A DNA stretch of 64,000 bases, from NCBI GenBank assembly GCA_964559915.1, contig CAZLJP010000002.1, positions 130,423-194,422 of the forward strand, written 5' to 3'. A program made the translations under genes and the position numbers. Below, in pieces: positions 45,054 to 52,585 of this stretch. The notes under the pieces are model-generated. The model saw nothing but the letters and a program-made list of their open reading frames with translations, was not told where the DNA came from and made no database searches. Numbering within the stretch: position 1 is the first letter of the stretch; every line of letters starts with the position of its first letter. Source of the DNA: an uncultured Candidatus Saccharibacteria bacterium (GTDB lineage Bacteria; Patescibacteriota; Saccharimonadia; Saccharimonadales; JALRHH01).

Positions 45054-45081
45054 TTTTCACGAGTTTTCACAGAGTTTTCAC
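45054..45081. repeat. three helically phased direct repeats TTTTCAC in the parA upstream region
   Basis: TTTTCAC occurs at 45054-45060, 45064-45070 and 45075-45081 (spacing 10 and 11 bp). The extended unit is GAGTTTTCAC(A/G). The repeats lie 43-70 bp upstream of the parA ATG. Confidence 0.5.
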
Positions 45082-45105
45082 GACTTTTTATACTGTTATT
45101 ACTCA

Positions 45106-48100
45106 TTACCGTACCTGCATCCTTACGCTGTTAATTTGCATAGTAGTGATGGTATTACCATCCTTACAGACCAGACGTACTAGTACCTCGGCTTTAGCAT
45201 CGTTTTCTATCTGGAACCAGTCACTCTTCAGAGCGCCCGTCCTGTCAGTGGCCAGGTTGCCAGTGGCGGTCAGGTCTTGCCAGCTCGGGTTGTTATCGGT
45301 CAGAGCATATTGCAACTTGCAGCTCGCACCTTGTGGTGCGGCAGTACTGATATTTGCCAAGAGCCTTACCTGGTTCGCATTACCCAGATCAACCCATGTA
45401 CGGTGTTCACCTGGCAGCTCAGTCTCATTGGCTGGTTGCTGCCAAGCCAAGGTTTCGCTCGCCAAGCTGTATTCGCTAAAGGCCGTTTGTAGACAATCTT
45501 GCCACTTGTCGTTCTGATAGCAGCGGAACTTATTCATCTTGCTGTTGTAGTACTGCGCACCATTGACTCCGGCTGGATCACCGTCACTGCTCTTGGTATC
45601 CAGGACAAATAGCACTGTTTTGCCATTGTTGCCAGCGCCAATCTTAACCTTGCCAGTGAGAGTATCAACATTAAGCGCGTTATCGCCGTTAGCTGACTTC
45701 ACTGCCAGAGCGTTGGTACTATCGAGTTTCAACTCCAGAGCACCAGAGTTGAACACGGTGAATACACCATTGCCGTCCTTGGTGAGTGTCAGGAGATTTG
45801 CATTGCCGGTGGCGGTCAGGCTGATGGACTGTGCGCCGATTGATGTCACGCCGCTCAGAGCGCCAACACCAGTTATGCCGCCGTTATTGTTACTTAATCC
45901 ACCGACTATTGATGCGCCACCAGAAGTCATGTTCAGGCCAGTTATATTCTGCAGTACACCGGTATTTGTTAGTCGTAGGTCGCCGCCAGTTGTAACACTG
46001 CTGAGTACTGCGTTGCCCTGGCTATCCAGTTTCTTAGCAATCTCGGATGTAGCTTTAAGCGTGTAGATGTTCAAAGCATCGTACCTCACGTGCCAGTAGC
46101 CGTACTCGTCCTGATAAGTTAGTTCTGGGAAGACGGAGCCCAGCTGCTGAGCCAATACACCGGTCTGGTGTTCGGTGTCACAAGAGGTATTTGACTGCTG
46201 GAAGTATGCGTTGTCACAAGCAAAATCGAAGGTTACAGTTTCAATATCTTTAATCTTATCAAGTACGTTGTCGTCGAGTGACAAGATGTTTGTCTTGAGC
46301 CGCTGGTCAGATAGACCAACACCCGAACAAGCACTGTAGCCAGTGATAATACCACCACTCACCACCGCCTGGTTGAGATACTGGTTGTTGCCACAAGTTA
46401 CGGTAATACCACTTACGCCATTTCGCTGGTACACACCAGTGGTGTTGATGTTACCTGATGCCGAGATTGTAGTGATGCCGCTCAGAGCACCAGCCGAGCT
46501 AACATCAAGCCCAGTCGAACTGATTGAGAAGGCATTACTGCCGCCGCCAAGAGTAATCGCTCCTGTACTTGTACCTGTGTTGATATTGACCGCGTTGTTG
46601 GCATTGGTGTTGAAGTTAATAGCACCGACTGCTGTTAGCCCGCCAGTTAGCGATGTTAGACCATTGCTAACGGTCAGCGTATTTGTACCGGTTATAGTTG
46701 TTGCACCGTTCAGAGATATAGCGCCTGTACCGGTACCGAAGGTGCCCGTACCACTGATAGAGAAGTTACCACTGCTCTGTGTAAATCCAGTTATTCCACT
46801 AAGCGCACCACTGTTGATGATTAGGCCGTTGATGGTATTTGTAGCTGTTGCACCGGTGATGGCGCCAGATAAGCTCAACGTTGTTACGCCGCTCAGAGCA
46901 CCAGCAGATGAAACATCAAATGCGGTTGAGTCTATCGTCAGGGCATTGCTGCCACCACCGATTGTAATAGCACCAGTACCTGTTACAGAATGGGCACCAC
47001 TTGTTTGGCTAAATCCTGTGATGCCACTCAAGCTGCCGCTATTGACGCTCAAACCGTTGATAGTATTGGTTGTGTTGGCACTGATGGTACCACTTGCGGT
47101 AACACTGGTGATTCCTGATAGTGCACCAGCAGATGAAACATCGAAGTTGGTCGAATCAATGGTCAGTGCGTTGCTGCCACCACCAAGCGTGATAGCACCG
47201 GTGCCAGTCACCGAGAAGGCACCACTTGTTTGGCTGAAGCCGGTGACAGCGCTCAGACTACCGGCATTGATAATCAGGCCGTTAATGGTGTTGCTGGCAG
47301 TCGGAGCAGAAATAGCACCACTAGCAGATATCGTAGTTGCGCCTGTAATTGCTCCGCTTAGGCCGAGTGAAGTACCGCTAATCGAACCAGCGCCAGTGAT
47401 GTTACCACCGCCGAGCGCCAAGTTGCCACTACTGAAAGTGATGCCCGTCACACCACTTAGTGCACCGCTATTGATGCTGAGGCCGTTAATCGTATTGCTG
47501 GTAGAAGCCGTTATGGAGCCAGAGGCGGTTATAGAAGTTACCCCAGCTAATGAGCCAGCATTGATTATGCCGCCATTTGCCAAGTTCAAGCTGCCGCTCG
47601 TAAATGTCAGGCCAGTGACCCCCGTAATTGTTCCAGCACCAGTGATGCCGCCGCCATTATTCGTGATGCCACCGTTACTAACTATCAGGCCACCGCCGGC
47701 AGTGATTGTTTGAGCGGCAGATGTTTGCAAATTGCCCAATATATTAACAGTTGAAGACGCGTTACCAATACTCAGCGTTGTTGCTGCACCACCAATGTTA
47801 AGCGTAGTCACATTTGTATTGAGCAGGTCAAAGCTGGTAAGGCTCGTTTCTATGCTGTTTTCGTTGTAATAGGTGGTGCCGTTACCGGTTGCGACGCCCG
47901 CAATGAAGTAGCCTCGCCCAAAACGATTTGTCAGTGTCGAACCAGTGTCAGTGCCACCAATCTCGGGGATGTAATACTCTGTCAAGCTTGCACCGTTAGA
48001 CCAAGTCAGATTTGGCGTGATGCTCAGAGCAGAGGCAGTTTTGCTCGTGATTTTGGCATACGTTCCATTAACCAGAACGTAGTTTCCTACATCAAAGTTG

Positions 48101-50427
48101 GCAGTATTGCCCGAACCGACTTGTATAGTGCCTGGCGCCAAGCCACTACCACTAGTGGCGGTTGCAGAGCCATCAAGCTGACGGAAAGTAGTTGTGAGAC
48201 TGCCGTTAGCGTCTATCTTCAACGCATCATTGGTCCCGATGGTAAGCGTGCCGCTCACATCTAAGTCACCACTGAGATTCACGTTATCAAGCAATTCAAT
48301 CGTGCTACCAGCATCCAGTCGAATCTGGCCTGTGCCGGTGAGCGAGATATTGTTATTACTGCCTGTAGTCGTTATCTGTAGTGTGCCACCGTTCGTGACA
48401 AGTGGGGTTGTGACTGAGGTAGCAAAGCTAACAGCAGCCTTGGTATCTAGTGCGTTACAAGTGCCGCCGCTGCCCAGCGTGATAGCATTGCCGGTGCCGC
48501 TCAGGTTGCCCGTGCCACTTGGACATGTGAGCGTTGTATCACCACGAACTGCAGACGTACTTGATGAACCATAGTTGACCGCAAGACCAATACTGCCTGC
48601 GCCATTGGTAATGGTAAGACCGCCACTGTTTGTCAGCCCAGCTAATGTATAGCCCGAACCGTTGCCAATCAGTAACTGGCCGTTTGCAGCTGCGGAACCA
48701 TTTACCCCTGTACCGCCACGAGCCACCCCAAGTGTACCGGTGGTGATAATCGCAGCATCGAGTGAGGTGGTGCCGGCAACCGTTAAGCGACCTTGGGCAT
48801 CAACAGTGAAGGTCGGAATTGTGGTAGTTGAGCCGTAACTACCTGGCGAAACAGCTGTGTTAGCCAGGCCAAGCACGCCAGCATTGTTTGTTAGACCAGT
48901 GCCGGTTAAGTCAGTAAAGCCTTCGCCGTTAATCGTTAGCGTATCGCCTGCGCCAAAGGTAATCCCGCCGTTGGCCGTGATAAGACCTGCTACACCAAGC
49001 GTACCGGTCAGGTTCGCGGTATTACTGATAGTCTGGCCGTTGATTGCACCAGAGGTGGTGAGGGTTGTGAAACTCGGATTAGCACTGAAGTTAATGTTCA
49101 GTGTTCCACCCAGTGCCACACTGCCATCACCGCTCAGATTACTACCATAGTTCAGGTTGATTGAACTGTTCTGCAAAGCAGCATTGGCCAGATTACTAAT
49201 GGCTACGTTGCCGGCAGCTGTCAGGCGACCTTGGGCATCAACCGTAAAGCTCGGTACAGATGTGCTCGAACCATAGCTACCTGCCGAAACAGCGGTATTT
49301 GCTAAACCAAGCACTCCAGCATTATTCACTAGACCGGTACCCGTCAAATCAGTAAAGTTCTCGCCATTGAAGGTGAAGGTGTCACCTGCCTCAAGTGTGA
49401 GACCACCGTTGAGCGTAGTCAGACCAGTTACCGTTAGAGTACCAGTCAGGTTGGCCGTTGCGTCTATGTCCTGGCCGTTGATTGCACCAGATGTGATAGT
49501 GCCGCTGGTGCTCAAATTACCACTGGCATCGATTTGTAGTGCGTCACTTGTGCCGACGGTGAAGAGCGCGGCTGGGGTGGTATCACCCACGCCTATATTG
49601 CCATTGGCCAGTATGGTGAATTTCTCGGTGTTATTGGTTATAAACCGTAGGGCGTAATTATCGGTGGTACCGAGGACACCGTCAGCACCAAAGGTACTAC
49701 CGTTCTGCATGAACGCCAAACCACCACCGCTACAAGTGGTTGTCAAACAGATGGTGCCAGAGGCATCCGGAAGTGTATACGTTCGGTTGTTCGTCAGTGT
49801 GCCAAAGTCCAGCGTACCAGTAAAGCCACCGACTGTTTTTTGTAAATTGGTCGCGGTGGTGGCTATACCGGCCCTCAGCGCATACGGCACCGCCGTTAGC
49901 TTGATACGTGGTGTCATTTCACCGTCACCATTGACGTTCATGGTCAGCCACTTTTCCTGCGACCAATCGATGGTGCCAGAGAACGGTGTCACACTGCCCA
50001 GATTGGCACTGAAGTAACCGTTCTTGACGCTGACCGTCTCTGTTTCGGTCCATTCGTTGGTGCCACTAGTGACTGCGTCGTACAGCTTGAACTGGATACT
50101 GTAACTGCCGTCATCAACCAGTGAACCACCACTGTTCAGCAGACGACCCTGGAAGTTGAGCGTGCTCGATGTAGCCGCATATACGCGCGCACTCTCGCCC
50201 GCGCGCGTATATGAATATACAGTCGCTAACAGGGGTGAAACGACCAAAACAAAAATGACTCCAACCAACCATTGTGTAATGGTGTTTGGAGTCGAGCGTC
50301 TGCGTACTCGCGTATACGCAAAACGTGGCCGTTTATGGCCAAAAATAAGGTCAGTCACCTTGTATTTTTGTTTGTTTTGTTTTTGGTTGTTAGTCGAAGC
50401 AGTAGCCTTTTTGACTATCGTTTCCAC
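45106..50427 (-). CDS. giant membrane-anchored tail-fibre-like surface protein with internal peptidase-S74 (intramolecular chaperone/autoprotease) domain
   Basis: 1773 aa with a basic N-terminus plus TM segment (WLVGVIFVLVVSPLLATV). The N-terminal domain reads LNFQGRLLNSGGSLVDDGSYSIQFKLYDA...TPRIKLTAVPYALRAG, as seen in tail-fibre-domain proteins. Long G/T/S/N-rich beta-repeat arrays follow. The S74 signature GLSDQRLKTNILSL...VTFDF...GVLAQQL is at residues ~1371-1470. Confidence 0.8.
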   Translation of the reverse strand: METIVKKATASTNNQKQNKQKYKVTDLIFGHKRPRFAYTRVRRRSTPNTITQWLVGVIFVLVVSPLLATVYSYTRAGESARVYAATSSTLNFQGRLLNSGGSLVDDGSYSIQFKLYDAVTSGTNEWTETETVSVKNGYFSANLGSVTPFSGTIDWSQEKWLTMNVNGDGEMTPRIKLTAVPYALRAGIATTATNLQKTVGGFTGTLDFGTLTNNRTYTLPDASGTICLTTTCSGGGLAFMQNGSTFGADGVLGTTDNYALRFITNNTEKFTILANGNIGVGDTTPAALFTVGTSDALQIDASGNLSTSGTITSGAINGQDIDATANLTGTLTVTGLTTLNGGLTLEAGDTFTFNGENFTDLTGTGLVNNAGVLGLANTAVSAGSYGSSTSVPSFTVDAQGRLTAAGNVAISNLANAALQNSSINLNYGSNLSGDGSVALGGTLNINFSANPSFTTLTTSGAINGQTISNTANLTGTLGVAGLITANGGITFGAGDTLTINGEGFTDLTGTGLTNNAGVLGLANTAVSPGSYGSTTTIPTFTVDAQGRLTVAGTTSLDAAIITTGTLGVARGGTGVNGSAAANGQLLIGNGSGYTLAGLTNSGGLTITNGAGSIGLAVNYGSSSTSAVRGDTTLTCPSGTGNLSGTGNAITLGSGGTCNALDTKAAVSFATSVTTPLVTNGGTLQITTTGSNNNISLTGTGQIRLDAGSTIELLDNVNLSGDLDVSGTLTIGTNDALKIDANGSLTTTFRQLDGSATATSGSGLAPGTIQVGSGNTANFDVGNYVLVNGTYAKITSKTASALSITPNLTWSNGASLTEYYIPEIGGTDTGSTLTNRFGRGYFIAGVATGNGTTYYNENSIETSLTSFDLLNTNVTTLNIGGAATTLSIGNASSTVNILGNLQTSAAQTITAGGGLIVSNGGITNNGGGITGAGTITGVTGLTFTSGSLNLANGGIINAGSLAGVTSITASGSITASTSNTINGLSINSGALSGVTGITFSSGNLALGGGNITGAGSISGTSLGLSGAITGATTISASGAISAPTASNTINGLIINAGSLSAVTGFSQTSGAFSVTGTGAITLGGGSNALTIDSTNFDVSSAGALSGITSVTASGTISANTTNTINGLSVNSGSLSGITGFSQTSGAHSVTGTGAITIGGGSNALTIDSTAFDVSSAGALSGVTTLSLSGAITGATATNTINGLIINSGALSGITGFTQSSGNFSISGTGTFGTGTGAISLNGATTITGTNTLTVSNGLTSLTGGLTAVGAINFNTNANNAVNINTGTSTGAITLGGGSNAFSISSTGLDVSSAGALSGITTISASGNINTTGVYQRNGVSGITVTCGNNQYLNQAVVSGGIITGYSACSGVGLSDQRLKTNILSLDDNVLDKIKDIETVTFDFACDNAYFQQSNTSCDTEHQTGVLAQQLGSVFPELTYQDEYGYWHVRYDALNIYTLKATSEIAKKLDSQGNAVLSSVTTGGDLRLTNTGVLQNITGLNMTSGGASIVGGLSNNNGGITGVGALSGVTSIGAQSISLTATGNANLLTLTKDGNGVFTVFNSGALELKLDSTNALAVKSANGDNALNVDTLTGKVKIGAGNNGKTVLFVLDTKSSDGDPAGVNGAQYYNSKMNKFRCYQNDKWQDCLQTAFSEYSLASETLAWQQPANETELPGEHRTWVDLGNANQVRLLANISTAAPQGASCKLQYALTDNNPSWQDLTATGNLATDRTGALKSDWFQIENDAKAEVLVRLVCKDGNTITTMQINSVRMQVR
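46480..47700 (-). repeat. in-frame tandem coding repeats (~68-76 aa TINGL units) inside the 1773-aa gene
   Basis: The DNA motif ATTGA...CCGTT(G/A)AT recurs with CCGTT at 46826, 47054, 47279 and 47483 (periods 228, 225 and 204 bp). CCAGCAGATGAAACATC recurs at 46901 and 47126. The protein unit is TNTINGLxxNSGxLSxxTGFSQTSGAxSVTGTGAITxGGGSNALTIDSTxFDVSSAGALSG. Outer boundaries are approximate. Confidence 0.6.
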
Positions 50428-50711
50428 AGAATACCCTATCAGTCACTACGCTAAGGTACTATGCAGAAAACTCACTTCGATTTTGATCTGGCGTTTTTGT
50501 TTTGGTTTTTTGTTTTGTCAGATCTGTCGTTATTGTACCTCTGTGCGAACAGATATGTAAATAGTAATGTTTACTATTCCTGTGCATAACTCCAGGTCAC
50601 TGCACCGGCGCAGCAGACCTGCAAACCCCGGAAGTCAAAATAGTACTAAAGTACCAGCCTTTTAGTACTAGCTATCTCTGTTATAAACACGTCAAAATGT
50701 ACGACATATCA

Positions 50712-50733
50712 CTATGCCCAGTAGTGGGCATAG
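50712..50733 (-). terminator. hairpin just downstream of the 253-aa ORF (possible terminator or processing site)
   Basis: CTATGCCCA-GTAG-TGGGCATAG forms a perfect 9-bp stem. No clear U-tract follows on the minus strand, so function is uncertain. Confidence 0.3.
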
Positions 50734-50745
50734 AATTACGTAGAA

Positions 50746-51507
50746 TTACTGGAGGTTGGTAATGTATTCTGCCCAATCGTGGTCATCGATTGCCTGGGCA
50801 GACTGTATAAAGACTAGTAGTTTCTTTTTAGAGAATATGACCGTCTGCGGGCCCTTAATTGACGTGCCAATATAGGCCGTAGGGTTGGCTGTTGCTAAAA
50901 CCTTGGTAGCACTAAAGTCTTCTGCGGTCTTTTTTACCTTGGCCTCCGTGTCTGTCTCAAACCCTGCGGGTAGTGGCTGCTGGCTGATAGTTATCTCTAC
51001 CCCACCGATGGTATCTTTGTAATTCACTACCTTGCGCGTGCTGTCGTAGCGGACAGGGGCATCAAGCGCCTCTTTGCCACCCTTTGGTAATGAGTAGTCA
51101 AAATCTGCTGTTTCCGTCTGTTGGCTGAGCACCTCTGGCTTGCCCTGCTTGCTATCTGGCCACACCGTCACAATTCCTACTCCTACAATAACCACTGCCA
51201 CAGCAGCACTGACACCAATAAATCGCTTATCAGCATAAGGAATCTTATCTTTTAGTTCTGACCACTGTATATTTGGCTTTTTGAACTTTGGCAAAGAGAT
51301 ATGTACAGATATAGTTTGATTATTCTTATCCAAAGGCTGTGCGTGGGGGTGAGGCGCCGGTTTAGCCTGAGCACGCGGCGCATATTGATTGGCGTCCTCA
51401 ACAGCTTTTGCCCGCATTTTACTGCGCATACTGGCTGGGACTGGGTCGTCTGCCAGCCAATCCAACCACTCTTTGTCCTTCTTGGACTTAAAATTTATAC
51501 CAGCCAT
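50746..51507 (-). CDS. hypothetical bitopic membrane protein (cytoplasmic N-domain, TM, extracellular C-domain)
   Basis: 253-aa ORF with one central TM segment (FIGVSAAVAVVIVGVGIVTVW). It lies between the giant genes. No confident family assignment. Confidence 0.5.
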   Translation of the reverse strand: MAGINFKSKKDKEWLDWLADDPVPASMRSKMRAKAVEDANQYAPRAQAKPAPHPHAQPLDKNNQTISVHISLPKFKKPNIQWSELKDKIPYADKRFIGVSAAVAVVIVGVGIVTVWPDSKQGKPEVLSQQTETADFDYSLPKGGKEALDAPVRYDSTRKVVNYKDTIGGVEITISQQPLPAGFETDTEAKVKKTAEDFSATKVLATANPTAYIGTSIKGPQTVIFSKKKLLVFIQSAQAIDDHDWAEYITNLQ

Positions 51508-51693
51508 GTTGCCAACCTTGTGTTTATGTGCTGCTGTGTCAGTGAGGCAAAAATTTCATTTCTGAGCAAAGCATATCTGGATACGGTGCGCGAAGAAAGG
51601 TAGTTTTTGACCGCTGACGCACAGCGAGAAATGCTAGACTGGTAATATTGTTGGTATAACCCCATAATTACCCCCTATTGTATCAGATTACAC

Positions 51694-52581
51694 CTAGTGG
51701 CGAATCAGGGGTTGGTATTCTACACTTGGTCGAGAGTACTGAAGGAGTGCCCACATAGCCAGGACGGTACTATGGTCATTCGCCGTTTTACTGCCAATCT
51801 CGGCTGCCCACCCACCATTTGGCATCTGCTCTTTGGCAATTTGGTCTATCCATTCTTGCTTTACGTCACTACGATTACCAGACAGTAGTAAAAACGCAAT
51901 TGCCTCATACCGTAAGTCTGCAATAGTAGCTGAACCTCCTGCGATTGCGAGCATCCCCCTATTTACTTGAGATTCAAGTACCTTGGCACTGTCGGGTATA
52001 TCACAATTATTATCTCTAATAAAACGAAATGCCAGAGCGACGTGTGTCAAATCATACTCACCTCGACCGTAATTATCCTGCATGGTATTCCAAAAGTTTT
52101 TCGGCAAAGAAAGATTATCGCAGTTAGCAGCATATACGTTCGTAAGTGATGTACCTGCAAGTGGTACAGATATTCCATCTTTGAATACCTTTTCAGGAAA
52201 CGCGATACGAGCAAGATAACGCAGTTCTATGGCACTCTGGGTTTGTGCCGTAGGTATATCAAAAGGCGCGTTTGTCACACTTAACTCCGCAGGAAGATTA
52301 TAGCTTCGCTGTAAATAGTCAAACAATAGACGCTGAAATGGGTGTGCCGAAGTTGTCATGGTCATTTGGTAAGTCTCAGCTCTACGTATCGCCTTCTCCG
52401 CCGGGCTCAACGCATCAAAATGCTGCTGGGCAGCCCTTAGCGCTAACTTGTGACGTTCATAAGTTAGCTTCTTGGTACTAATAGTTATTGTGGCGAACAT
52501 TAGGTAAAGCGCGAACACTGTGGCAATTATCGTCAGCAAGCTTTTCTGGGTGAAGAAAGATTTACGTAGAAAATATCTCAT
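51694..52581 (-). CDS. hypothetical N-terminally anchored protein, weakly alpha/alpha-toroid (prenyltransferase/terpene-cyclase-repeat)-like
   Basis: 295-aa ORF with an N-terminal TM segment (LLTIIATVFALYLMFATITI). The C-terminal NGGWAAEIGSKTANDHSTVLAMWALL resembles the QW/GGW repeat of that fold. The resemblance is weak. It is separated from the Kelch gene by 4 nt. Confidence 0.45.
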   Translation of the reverse strand: MRYFLRKSFFTQKSLLTIIATVFALYLMFATITISTKKLTYERHKLALRAAQQHFDALSPAEKAIRRAETYQMTMTTSAHPFQRLLFDYLQRSYNLPAELSVTNAPFDIPTAQTQSAIELRYLARIAFPEKVFKDGISVPLAGTSLTNVYAANCDNLSLPKNFWNTMQDNYGRGEYDLTHVALAFRFIRDNNCDIPDSAKVLESQVNRGMLAIAGGSATIADLRYEAIAFLLLSGNRSDVKQEWIDQIAKEQMPNGGWAAEIGSKTANDHSTVLAMWALLQYSRPSVEYQPLIRH

Positions 52582-52585
52582 CTTA

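Noticed and set aside
45054-45081. Reading the TTTTCAC repeats as DnaA boxes marking oriC
   Set aside because: Only one copy (GTTTTCACA) fits TTWTNCACA at 8 of 9 positions. There is no AT-rich unwinding element or dnaA/dnaN nearby. The gene-orientation bias suggests the origin lies elsewhere. The repeats are kept only as a candidate operator.
46343-47713. 456-aa plus-strand ORF, with several other 90-170-aa plus-strand ORFs between 45146 and 50560, antisense to the 1773-aa gene
   Set aside because: These are shadow ORFs. Their translations are monotonous P/V/L/A strings, produced by reading the complement of a G/T/S/N-rich repeat gene. They have no start context. The minus-strand frame carries recognisable domains.
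45106-50427. Interpreting the S74/tail-fibre-like gene as part of a prophage
   Set aside because: No capsid, terminase, portal, baseplate, integrase or lysis genes flank it. It has an N-terminal TM anchor and sits among paralogous cellular surface-protein genes next to parAB.
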